From assembly GCA_964406665.1 (NCBI GenBank), contig CAYOSQ010000005.1, positions 21,929 to 85,928 on the forward strand: a stretch of 64,000 bases of DNA, in the 5' to 3' direction. The translations under genes were made by a program, and so were the position numbers. The stretch is from an uncultured Planctomycetia bacterium. Lineage in GTDB: Bacteria > Omnitrophota > Gorgyraeia > VGKH01 > JBHPFN01. Positions 29,108 through 38,119 of this stretch are shown piece after piece. Every line of letters starts with the position of its first letter. The first letter of the stretch is position 1. Under the pieces are notes generated by a model. The model did no database searches. It was given only the letters and a program-made list of their open reading frames with translations, and was not told where the DNA came from.

Positions 29108-29914
29108 ATGACAGAAGAAAAAAAAATAGCAATATCTATTCGTGGTTTAGAAAAATCTTTTGGTGATCATAGGGTTCTCTGTGGAGTTAATCTGGATATA
29201 AATAAAGGCGAGACTTTTGTTATTATGGGTGGTTCAGGTTGCGGAAAGAGCACTTTGTTAAGACATATTGTTGGTGCAATGAAACCTAATGCAGGAAAAA
29301 TATATTTTGGTGATAAAGATATTGTTTCAATTTCTGGATCTGAACTTGAGAACGTAAAAAGAAAATTTGGATTACTTTTTCAATCTGGAGCATTACTTGA
29401 TTCCCTTACTGTTGAAGAAAATGTGAGCCTTCCCCTTAAAGAGCATACAAAATTAGATTCTAGCATTATAAAGATTATAGTTAAGATGAAGTTGGCCCTT
29501 GTGGGTTTAAGAGGTTTTGAGCATTTAATGCCAAGTGAACTATCTGGTGGAATGAAGAAGCGTGTTGGTCTTGCCCGTGCAATAGCTATGGATCCTGAGA
29601 TGATCTTTTATGATGAGCCTACTGCGGGGCTAGACCCTGTAGTTGCTGCTGTTATAGATAAGCTAATTTTGGATTTAAGTAAGAAGTTACTCATTACATC
29701 AGTTGTGGTAACCCATGATATGCAGAGTGTCTTTAGGATAGCGGATAGAGTTGCTATGTTACATAAAGGTAGGGTTCTCGAAGTGGGCACCACTAAAGAA
29801 ATCAAGAATTCCAAGAATGAAATCGTCCAACAATTTATAAACGGCAATACAGAAGGTCCTTTAGATTTCTTTAAAAAGGGAGATGATTATCTTCAGGACC
29901 TTGTGGGGATTTAG
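29108..29914 (+). CDS. mlaF: MlaF-family ABC ATPase
   Basis: GGSGCGKS, FQSGALLDSL, ELSGGMKKRVGLARA, YDEPTAGLDP. Confidence 0.93.
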   Translation: MTEEKKIAISIRGLEKSFGDHRVLCGVNLDINKGETFVIMGGSGCGKSTLLRHIVGAMKPNAGKIYFGDKDIVSISGSELENVKRKFGLLFQSGALLDSLTVEENVSLPLKEHTKLDSSIIKIIVKMKLALVGLRGFEHLMPSELSGGMKKRVGLARAIAMDPEMIFYDEPTAGLDPVVAAVIDKLILDLSKKLLITSVVVTHDMQSVFRIADRVAMLHKGRVLEVGTTKEIKNSKNEIVQQFINGNTEGPLDFFKKGDDYLQDLVGI

Positions 29915-29932
29915 ATAATAAAGGAGCTAAGC

Positions 29933-30571
29933 ATGAAGATTAATAACGAAACTAAAATAGGTATAATGGTAACGATTTGCCTGATTGCTCTGGGGGCACT
30001 TACTTGTAAAGTGGGAGATTTTAGCCTTAACAAAAAAGGTTATGAGATTAAGGCGGAGTTTATCAATATCGATGGGGTTGAGACGAATGCTCCTGTTCGT
30101 TTAAATGGACTCGAGATTGGAAAAGTTACTGATATTGAAATTATTTATGGTGATCAAACAAAAATGTTGCTTACTATTTGGATTGATGAAACTGCAAAAG
30201 TAAAAGATCAGGTAAAAGCTTCAGTTAAGACTATGGGACTTATGGGTGAGAAATATATTGCCCTTACTGATTCTGGTGAAGGGGATGTTTATTTAGAAAA
30301 AGATTCACTAGTTATCGGGCAGGAACCTTTAGATATAGACGCGCTTATGGCCAAGGGTGATGTTATCGCTGATAATGTTAATTTGGCCTTAGAAAATATT
30401 GTAGAAATTACTGATAATGTTAAAGAAAGACTTGCTCTAAATAAAGAAAGCATAGATCAAATAATTGAAAATCTGAAATATGTAAGTGAGAATTTTGAAG
30501 AGTTAAGCGGGGATTTAAAACGCAATCCTTGGAAGTTGTTGTTCCGCACAAAAGAAAAGAAAGAAGAATAA
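29933..30571 (+). CDS. mlaD: MlaD/MCE domain protein
   Basis: N-terminal TM, APVRLNGLEIGKV, GLMGEKYI, helical tail ending RNPWKLL. Confidence 0.92.
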   Translation: MKINNETKIGIMVTICLIALGALTCKVGDFSLNKKGYEIKAEFINIDGVETNAPVRLNGLEIGKVTDIEIIYGDQTKMLLTIWIDETAKVKDQVKASVKTMGLMGEKYIALTDSGEGDVYLEKDSLVIGQEPLDIDALMAKGDVIADNVNLALENIVEITDNVKERLALNKESIDQIIENLKYVSENFEELSGDLKRNPWKLLFRTKEKKEE

Positions 30572-30587
30572 TCGGGGGTATATTTTT

Positions 30588-31385
30588 ATGAACAAATCAA
30601 TATTTGCTGTAATTTCAATTTTAGCTATATTATTTTCTTGCAGCACAGCTTTTGCTCAGGCTCATCAACTTCAGGCAGAGATTATTTATGTTGAAGGTAG
30701 TGTTTTTGTTAAACAAAGCATTGATTCTGATTGGGTAGATGCAAAAGTTGGCATGGTACTAGAGAAGAATGCAGTTGTTAGGGTTGGCGAGGGTTCAAAA
30801 TGCGATATTGTTTTTGATGGAAATAAAGAAAATATTATTGGTCTTTCCAAGAATACAGAAATATCCTTATCTGATGCTGCCCCTAGGAGTGTTCAGTTGG
30901 TCAGAGGAAGAGTTTTTTCACTTATTAAAAAATTAAAAAAGGATTCTAGGTTTGAGGTCAGAACTCCAACTGCAATTTCTGGTGCTAGGGGAACTGGATG
31001 GGCAAGTACCTATGATGGCAGTAAGACTAAATTTGAGGCACACGAGAAAGATATTTATGTTTCTGGTCTTGATAAGGATGGTAAATCTAGAGGAAAACAA
31101 ACATTAGGTGAAGGAAATTCTGTAAATATATCTGGGTTAGGTTTTATTGAGGACTTTTTAGGTTTAGGCTCAGAGGAGAAAAATCGTTGGAAAAAATGGA
31201 AGAAAGATTCTCTGGACCATCTAGGCGGATATAATAAGGGTAGTGGAATGAAGCCTATGGGAAACACCGAAGATCAGCTTGATGATTTTTCTGATAAGTT
31301 AGATGATATTCTTGAGCTTAAAGATTTAGATAAAATTGAGGATAGATTAGACGATGGTGGTTCCGGGGGCTATGAACTTGAATAA
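30588..31385 (+). CDS. Exported FecR-domain protein
   Basis: Sec signal peptide (AFA|Q) and FEVRTPTAISGARGT FecR motif. Confidence 0.85.
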   Translation: MNKSIFAVISILAILFSCSTAFAQAHQLQAEIIYVEGSVFVKQSIDSDWVDAKVGMVLEKNAVVRVGEGSKCDIVFDGNKENIIGLSKNTEISLSDAAPRSVQLVRGRVFSLIKKLKKDSRFEVRTPTAISGARGTGWASTYDGSKTKFEAHEKDIYVSGLDKDGKSRGKQTLGEGNSVNISGLGFIEDFLGLGSEEKNRWKKWKKDSLDHLGGYNKGSGMKPMGNTEDQLDDFSDKLDDILELKDLDKIEDRLDDGGSGGYELE

Positions 31386-31402
31386 TAAAACAAGGAAATC
31401 AA

Positions 31403-32425
31403 ATGAATAAAAAAACTTTAGTATTTTCAATATTTATTTTATTGTTTTGTTCAAATGTCTATTCCCAAACCATTACGGAGGATAAGCAGGAAAAGCATGA
31501 AGATAGAGAATCTTTTAGCCAAAGTTATTCTACTGAGCAAGATACAAGTGATGAATCGAGATATCAGATTGAGTCTAATTTTGGATTTTTTATAGGATTT
31601 GATAACAACGTATTCTTAGATTCAACTCGCAAGGGCGATACTTTTCAGAATTATATTTATAGTTTAAATTATTCAAATAAACTAAAAAGAGATTTAGATT
31701 TAAAGATTAAGTACAGCCTTAACTCGCTTCAGTATGATAGATACACTGATAATTCTTCTGTGGGTAATACAGGAAATTTTGCTTTAGAGAAAAAATTGGG
31801 TGGGCGTAATCTTGTGGGAATTTCTACTGAAATAGGTTCTGTTTATTATCCAAGCAATGATCAGGGTGAATATTTTACAGCTGGAGGTTCTTTGTATGGT
31901 AAACAGTTTTTAGGAAAGAACCTGTATCATCGAGCTGGTTATAGTTTTTTAAGTAAAAGTTTTATGCATCGTAAGGCGAAAGACGGCAACGGCGTTGATA
32001 TGGAAGAAGAGAGAGATGATGTGCGCCATGCTATAGATTACGAAGTAGGGTTTTATCCGGATAATCAATCATTATTTAAGTTAAAAGGTCAGGTATATAA
32101 TAATGATTCTCGAGATGGATATATGGATTATTATGATTATGATTCTTTTAAGCTTGGCGCAACATTTATAAAACTACTAAACGATAAATGGTCATCGCTT
32201 CTTAACTATAATTTTCGTAGAAATAATTATAAAACTCGCCTAATTAAAAATGGATCAGAGGCAGAGTATGATAATAATCATACTGGAAACGCAGGAATTA
32301 TTTATAAATTAAGTGAAAACACTTCAGCATCAGCAATATATTCTTATTCGCAGAATTATTCTAATGATAGCGGTCAGGAATATTCCGTTAGCATGGTATC
32401 TTTAGGCCTGCGATATGCCTTCTAA
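31403..32425 (+). CDS. Outer-membrane beta-barrel protein
   Basis: Signal peptide, Tyr/Asn/Asp-rich alternating strands, GFDNNV motif, C-terminal LGLRYAF with terminal Phe. Confidence 0.8.
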   Translation: MNKKTLVFSIFILLFCSNVYSQTITEDKQEKHEDRESFSQSYSTEQDTSDESRYQIESNFGFFIGFDNNVFLDSTRKGDTFQNYIYSLNYSNKLKRDLDLKIKYSLNSLQYDRYTDNSSVGNTGNFALEKKLGGRNLVGISTEIGSVYYPSNDQGEYFTAGGSLYGKQFLGKNLYHRAGYSFLSKSFMHRKAKDGNGVDMEEERDDVRHAIDYEVGFYPDNQSLFKLKGQVYNNDSRDGYMDYYDYDSFKLGATFIKLLNDKWSSLLNYNFRRNNYKTRLIKNGSEAEYDNNHTGNAGIIYKLSENTSASAIYSYSQNYSNDSGQEYSVSMVSLGLRYAF

Positions 32426-34352
32426 AATTTCAAAGATAAAGTTAAACAATCATATTACCAAATCAATTTTATTCGTAGTTGTCGCTGTAATTATTTTTTG
32501 TCTTTCTTTTTTTAGAGTTTTTGATTTATACGAATTAGTACTTCTTGATCTGCGTTTTAAAATCCGACCGGTTCAACAATTCATTGACGATATAGTTATT
32601 ATTGAAATTTCTGATGATACTTTGCAGAATTTAAGCCAGTGGCCACTGCCTCGTGATTTTCATGCAAGTTTAATGGATGTTTTAAGAGAGCTTAAAGTAA
32701 AGCAGGTATTTTTTGACATTTTATTTAGTGAAAAGACTAGATGGGATGATGTTTTCAGGGCTTCTTTGAAAAAAGCAGATAATGCATATCTTTCATATGC
32801 TTTTAGATTAGATAGTGATCCACGCCCAGGTGCTTTTAGGGCTAGTTCTGAAATTATCGCTCCCTTACTTGATAATTTTAATAAAGTAGTACATGGAAGC
32901 GGACATATTAATATTTTAACTGATGCTGATGGTAAGAGTAGATGGGCACCTCTTTTCGTTAAATATAAAGACGATCTTCATCCCCATATTGCTTTAAAAG
33001 CCGCTTGTGATTATCTAGGGATTTCTTTGGAAGATGTGGCTTTGAAGAATAATTACTTATTAATAGGAAAAGAATTAAGTGTTCCTGTTTCAGATACAGG
33101 ATGTGTAATGATTAATTATGTTGGACCATGGACAAAAAGTTTCAAACATTACTCTTATTTTGACATACTTGCAGCTTATCAAGAAGAGAGAGAGGGCGTA
33201 GCTCCCCGAATCAATCTAAGAGCTTTAAGGGGTAAGGTTTGTTTTGTTGGTCTTACGGCTACAGGAACATTAGATCTGCATGCGATGCCACTTGAACCAA
33301 TTTATCCTATGGTGGGGTTGCATGCAAATATTTTCAATAGCATTGTTTTGAAGAAGTTTTTAACAAGATTAAGTAGAACTATTAATTTAGTTATTCTAGC
33401 TGTTTTAATTCTTTTAGCTTTATTGATTACGCTTAAATTTAGACCATTAAAAAGTTTTCTTACAGTTTTTGGTTTAGGTATTAGCTATGCTTTAATCTGT
33501 TTTGCTTTGTTTGTATTTCTTGGTTTATGGCTGGATTTATTCTTTCCTTTAGTAATTTTGATGGTAGTGTATTTGTCTGTAACGCTCTTGAAATTCCTTA
33601 GCGAGGCGAGAAAAAATGAGCTAATGGAAAAAGAGCTTTCAATTGCCAAAGAGATACAGATAAGTTTTCTTCCGGATGAGATAAATAAGTTTGCTGATAT
33701 AGAGATAGCCTCAGACATGGTAACAGCCAAGCACGTTGGTGGAGATTTGTATGATATCAGGGTATTAGATGATGATAAATTGGGAATATTTTTAGGAGAT
33801 GTTGCCGGCAAAGGTGTATCTGCTGCATTGGTTATGGCTAAGGCTATTTCACTGTTTAGGATTTTTTCGACTGAAACAGAATCTCCTGCAGCATTGCTTG
33901 AAAAATTAAATGATGCAATGGTTAAAGATTCTAAATCCGGATTGTTTGTAACTTCAACTTATATAATTTATGATTCTAAGCAGCATAAGGTAATACTTTC
34001 TAGCGGCGGACATCTTCCCACACTTCTGGTTAAAGGCAGGAGTGCAGAAAGTGAAATGATAGATGTTGAAGGTGGAATGCCTTTAGGAATAATGGATGGT
34101 GTAGAATTTTGTGATAAGACCATTGGTCTTAACATTGGTGATAGCGTAGTGCTGTATACTGATGGTGTTGTTGAAGCGAAAAACATTAAACGAGAAGATT
34201 TCGAAGAGGAAAGATTGGTAAGCTGCGTGGCTGAAAGTAAGAACTTAAGCGTACAAGATATTATTTCTACGATAAAGAGCAAATTAAGATTATTTGTTGG
34301 TAAAGCACCACAACATGATGATATAACTATTATTGTTTTTAAGAGAGTCTAA
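32415..34352 (+). CDS. CHASE2-domain membrane sensor with SpoIIE/PP2C phosphatase (RsbU-like)
   Basis: CHASE2 motifs (IIEISD..L...WP.PR, FDILFSE, DADG..R), three TM helices, then VGGDLYD, GDVAGKGVSAA, YTDGVVE, QHDDIT. Confidence 0.92.
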   Translation: MPSKISKIKLNNHITKSILFVVVAVIIFCLSFFRVFDLYELVLLDLRFKIRPVQQFIDDIVIIEISDDTLQNLSQWPLPRDFHASLMDVLRELKVKQVFFDILFSEKTRWDDVFRASLKKADNAYLSYAFRLDSDPRPGAFRASSEIIAPLLDNFNKVVHGSGHINILTDADGKSRWAPLFVKYKDDLHPHIALKAACDYLGISLEDVALKNNYLLIGKELSVPVSDTGCVMINYVGPWTKSFKHYSYFDILAAYQEEREGVAPRINLRALRGKVCFVGLTATGTLDLHAMPLEPIYPMVGLHANIFNSIVLKKFLTRLSRTINLVILAVLILLALLITLKFRPLKSFLTVFGLGISYALICFALFVFLGLWLDLFFPLVILMVVYLSVTLLKFLSEARKNELMEKELSIAKEIQISFLPDEINKFADIEIASDMVTAKHVGGDLYDIRVLDDDKLGIFLGDVAGKGVSAALVMAKAISLFRIFSTETESPAALLEKLNDAMVKDSKSGLFVTSTYIIYDSKQHKVILSSGGHLPTLLVKGRSAESEMIDVEGGMPLGIMDGVEFCDKTIGLNIGDSVVLYTDGVVEAKNIKREDFEEERLVSCVAESKNLSVQDIISTIKSKLRLFVGKAPQHDDITIIVFKRV

Positions 34353-34472
34353 TCTGGATTTATTTTAAGGCAGTTTATTGATATTTTCTTGCATTATAAA
34401 ACTAAATTTGCTATAAGATAAATAGAGCATAATATTGTAAATGAATTAATAAAAGTATACAAGAGAGAGGAG

Positions 34473-34895
34473 TTGGTTTTTATGCCGGGGAAAATCAAAA
34501 GAAGACTATTTATTATTGCAAATAAATACCAAAAACAGGTTATCCAGCTAGTTTTCTTTACTACCGTTGTTCCGGTAATTATTACCATAGTGGCGCTTTG
34601 CTATCTATTTTTTGATATAACTACTAATCTTATGCTTGGTGGGTATGATTCGATTCCTCTAATAAAAAAGATAATCTTGATAACAATTGTTACATTACCT
34701 CTATATATTATTATGTTGGGAATTTGGTCATATAAGATTTCTAATAGATTAACCGGACCAATATTAAGAATAAATCAAGATTTACAAGATATTATTGATG
34801 GAAAGTCAAAGCAACGTTTATTCGTCAGGGAAACAGATTATTTGAAAGATCTGGTTGATAAGATAAATGTTCTTATCGATAGGCTTAATCAATAA
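34473..34895 (+). CDS. Hypothetical membrane protein with two TM helices and a HAMP-like tail
   Basis: ISNRLTGPILRI...RETDYLKDLVDKIN; start may be the ATG at 34482. Confidence 0.7.
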   Translation: MVFMPGKIKRRLFIIANKYQKQVIQLVFFTTVVPVIITIVALCYLFFDITTNLMLGGYDSIPLIKKIILITIVTLPLYIIMLGIWSYKISNRLTGPILRINQDLQDIIDGKSKQRLFVRETDYLKDLVDKINVLIDRLNQ

Positions 34896-34978
34896 TATTT
34901 ATAAAACCCTCGCATTGTTTGTAATCTTTCATGCCAATCTTTTCGCTACTCCTGTCGTAATTTACAAAATAAAAGTAT

Positions 34979-35905
34979 ATGGATAAAACATTTAAAAGAT
35001 TTATAACACTTCCTGTAGTTGAGTTTACATTTTTCAGTATCTTAGGATTATTTTTCTGGTTTAGTCAAAAAGAGCAGAATATCTTACCTTTAATTATTTT
35101 CATTTATATTGCAGTGTTTGTACCAGGTGGAATGCTGCTTTATGCTTTTTTGCCGTCACAAAAGAAGAATATAGGTAGAAGGTTTACTTATATCATGGCA
35201 GGATTGCTTCTTTTTCTCGAGATCGGAATTTTAGGTAGACAAAACCTTCAGTTGGAAGGTTTATTTTTTACGCTACTTTCTGGTTTTTTTTCTGCAGCTC
35301 TGTTGCATTATTGTATAGCTAAGATTATTGGTCCTATAATTTTAAACAGGGCTTGGTGCGGCTGGGGTTGTTGGACAATGATGATCTTAGATTTACTTCC
35401 TTATAAAGAGAGCAGCGGTCGCCTTAAAGGAAAATGGGGATTCTTAAGATATCTTCATTTTATCGCAAGCCTGATTCTTGTAGTATGGTTCTGGAACACA
35501 TTTAGATATTCAATCCCTAAAGAAAACTGGGGCATGATAGGATTATACTGGTTTCTTATCGGAAATGCTCTGTATTACGCCTTGGGTATCATCCTGGCAA
35601 TAATTCTTAAGGATAATCGGGCTTTTTGTAAATATGCCTGTCCCATAACTGTCTTTCTTAAGCTATCCAGCATATTCTCTTTACTTAAGATAAAAACTGA
35701 CAAAGACTCTTGCCAGGGATGTCAGCAGTGTATGAAAGCCTGTCCTATGGATATACGTATACCCGAATACACTAAGTTAGGTACAAGGGTGCTTTCTAGT
35801 GAATGTACACTTTGTCTGAAATGCATAAACGCCTGCCCAAATAAAGCCCTTAAGGTTTCTGTTGGATTCGACATAGGAGGGAAGGATTTTTTGAATGAAA
35901 AGTAG
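34979..35905 (+). CDS. Membrane 4Fe-4S binding protein (NapH/YccM-like polyferredoxin), copy 1
   Basis: RAWCGWGCW, RAFCKYACP, CQGCQQCMKACP, CTLCLKCINACP; multiple TM helices. Confidence 0.88.
   Translation: MDKTFKRFITLPVVEFTFFSILGLFFWFSQKEQNILPLIIFIYIAVFVPGGMLLYAFLPSQKKNIGRRFTYIMAGLLLFLEIGILGRQNLQLEGLFFTLLSGFFSAALLHYCIAKIIGPIILNRAWCGWGCWTMMILDLLPYKESSGRLKGKWGFLRYLHFIASLILVVWFWNTFRYSIPKENWGMIGLYWFLIGNALYYALGIILAIILKDNRAFCKYACPITVFLKLSSIFSLLKIKTDKDSCQGCQQCMKACPMDIRIPEYTKLGTRVLSSECTLCLKCINACPNKALKVSVGFDIGGKDFLNEK
35353..35899 (+). repeat. 547-bp direct repeat, copy 1
   Basis: Apparently identical to 36266-36812 (offset 913). Confidence 0.93.
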
Positions 35906-36845
35906 AACTTCTTTTTTAAATCACTGGCTTGTTGCTCCCTTAATGATAATTTCGTTCTTTTTTACTATTGCAATCTTTCTTTGGATATCTGAAGGTATTT
36001 TTTCATTGCTTATATTTTCCACAGGTATATTTGTTGTCTCAGGTGCTATTTTGTATATAAAATTGCCTGAAACAAAGAAGTATCTTGCCCGTAGGATTTC
36101 TTTTTTCGCGGTAGGCATGTCGCTTTTCTTCGGCGTTGGTATCTTAGCTCAGGAGAACTTACAGCTTGAGGGATTTTTCTTCTCTATCTTAGGGGGTCTT
36201 TATCCTATGGCTATGATACATTATATGATTGGTAAAATATTTGGTACTATTATTCTACAGAGAGGTTGGTGCGGCTGGGGTTGTTGGACAATGATGATCT
36301 TAGATTTACTTCCTTATAAAGAGAGCAGCGGTCGCCTTAAAGGAAAATGGGGATTCTTAAGATATCTTCATTTTATCGCAAGCCTGATTCTTGTAGTATG
36401 GTTCTGGAACACATTTAGATATTCAATCCCTAAAGAAAACTGGGGCATGATAGGATTATACTGGTTTCTTATCGGAAATGCTCTGTATTACGCCTTGGGT
36501 ATCATCCTGGCAATAATTCTTAAGGATAATCGGGCTTTTTGTAAATATGCCTGTCCCATAACTGTCTTTCTTAAGCTATCCAGCATATTCTCTTTACTTA
36601 AGATAAAAACTGACAAAGACTCTTGCCAGGGATGTCAGCAGTGTATGAAAGCCTGTCCTATGGATATACGTATACCCGAATACACTAAGTTAGGTACAAG
36701 GGTGCTTTCTAGTGAATGTACACTTTGTCTGAAATGCATAAACGCCTGCCCAAATAAAGCCCTTAAGGTTTCTGTTGGATTCGACATAGGAGGGAAGGAT
36801 TTTTTGAATGAACGGGAGCCTGAATTCGATTCCCAATCTTCTTAG
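35895..36845 (+). CDS. Membrane 4Fe-4S binding protein (NapH/YccM-like polyferredoxin), copy 2
   Basis: Same Cys motifs as copy 1 with a divergent N-terminal membrane region. Confidence 0.88.
   Translation: MKSRTSFLNHWLVAPLMIISFFFTIAIFLWISEGIFSLLIFSTGIFVVSGAILYIKLPETKKYLARRISFFAVGMSLFFGVGILAQENLQLEGFFFSILGGLYPMAMIHYMIGKIFGTIILQRGWCGWGCWTMMILDLLPYKESSGRLKGKWGFLRYLHFIASLILVVWFWNTFRYSIPKENWGMIGLYWFLIGNALYYALGIILAIILKDNRAFCKYACPITVFLKLSSIFSLLKIKTDKDSCQGCQQCMKACPMDIRIPEYTKLGTRVLSSECTLCLKCINACPNKALKVSVGFDIGGKDFLNEREPEFDSQSS
36266..36812 (+). repeat. 547-bp direct repeat, copy 2
   Basis: Apparently identical to 35353-35899. Confidence 0.93.
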
Positions 36846-36925
36846 CAAGCGGTTTTTCGCCTTGCAAAAAGCTAAAATTTGAGCTAATATAATTATCAGA
36901 TTTACCCGTCGACTTTTATGCTTTA

Positions 36926-36998
36926 GGGCCGATAGTTCAGTTGGGAGAACGCCTGGTTCGCAATCAGGAGGTCGGGGGTTCAACTCCCCCTCGGTCCA
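36926..36998 (+). tRNA. tRNA-Ala(CGC); CCA not encoded
   Basis: Acceptor stem GGGCCGA/TCGGTCC with G3:U70, anticodon arm CCTGG-TTCGCAA-TCAGG, T-loop GTTCAAC, discriminator A followed by CAA. Confidence 0.95.
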
Positions 36999-37021
36999 CA
37001 AATTTAGGAAAAAATAGTAAA

Positions 37022-38119
37022 ATGAACAAAAAAAGCTTGATAACTCTCTTCTTGTTAATTATTTTAAGTGTAACGTTATTTTTCTCTAATGCTTATGTTT
37101 CTTCTAATCCTTTGAAGGAAGCGATGTATTATAAGAAACTTGAGGATAAAAAAGTTAATTGTCAACTTTGCCCTCGTAGGTGTTTAATCCAAAATAACAA
37201 AAGAGGATTTTGTGGGGTAAGAGAAAATAAGGAGGGGATTCTTTATTCTCTTGTTTACGGAGAACCCTGTGCAGTACATGTTGACCCCATTGAAAAAAAA
37301 CCACTTTTTCATTTTTTCCCCAAAAGCAAAGCGTTTTCAATCGCTACAGTTGGTTGTAATCTTAAGTGTAAATTTTGTCAGAACTGGGAGATTTCCCAGG
37401 CTTCTCCCGGAGACGTTAGAACTTACAAATTATCTCCTGAAGAAATCGTTGAGCATGCTATTAAGTCAGGATCGCGCTCCATTGCATATACGTATACTGA
37501 GCCCACGATTTTTTATGAATACATGATTGATATTGCTAAGATTGCTAAAAGAAGAGGCGTAAAAAATGTTATGCATTCTGCTGGACACATAAGTGAAGAA
37601 CCCTTAAGGCAACTGTGTAAATATCTTGATGCTGCTAATATTGATTTGAAGGGCTTTACTGAGGATTATTATAGTGAGATGTCTCTGGGAAGTCTGGAAT
37701 CTGTGCTTAAAACTTTAAAGATTTTGGATGAAGAAGGTGTTTGGGTTGAAATAACTAATCTTGTGGTACCCGGATTAAACGATGATCCCGAACTTATTAA
37801 GGCAATGAGTATTTGGATAAAAGATAATTTGGGTCCTGAGACTCCGCTACACTTTTCTAGATTCTGGCCGATGTATAAGCTAAAGAATCTTTCACCGACA
37901 CCTGTTAGTACTATTGAACGGGCAAGGAAAATTGCAATGGAGAATGGTCTTAAATTTGTATATATAGGAAATGTAGTAGGGCATAAAGCAGAGGATACGT
38001 TTTGCCCGGTTTGTGGTAAATCAATAATTGAACGCTCAGGTTATTCAATAAACAAAATAAATATAAAAGATGGAAAGTGCGTATTTTGCAATGCGGAGGT
38101 CCCTGGTGTCTGGAAATAA
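37022..38119 (+). CDS. amrS: AmmeMemoRadiSam system radical SAM enzyme
   Basis: CQLCPRRC, DPIEKKPLFHF, CNLKCKFCQNW, AYTYTEP, C-terminal CPVC..CVFC. The ORF-track start at 36941 lies inside the tRNA, so ATG 37022 is used. Confidence 0.92.
   Translation: MNKKSLITLFLLIILSVTLFFSNAYVSSNPLKEAMYYKKLEDKKVNCQLCPRRCLIQNNKRGFCGVRENKEGILYSLVYGEPCAVHVDPIEKKPLFHFFPKSKAFSIATVGCNLKCKFCQNWEISQASPGDVRTYKLSPEEIVEHAIKSGSRSIAYTYTEPTIFYEYMIDIAKIAKRRGVKNVMHSAGHISEEPLRQLCKYLDAANIDLKGFTEDYYSEMSLGSLESVLKTLKILDEEGVWVEITNLVVPGLNDDPELIKAMSIWIKDNLGPETPLHFSRFWPMYKLKNLSPTPVSTIERARKIAMENGLKFVYIGNVVGHKAEDTFCPVCGKSIIERSGYSINKINIKDGKCVFCNAEVPGVWK

Noticed and set aside
36926-36998. tRNA as the integration site of a genomic island
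   Set aside because: No duplicated tRNA 3' end or integrase was seen in the window.
36690-37021. Minus-strand ORF 36690-37001 and the N-terminal extension of ORF 36941
   Set aside because: Both overlap the tRNA-Ala gene and are translations of tRNA sequence.
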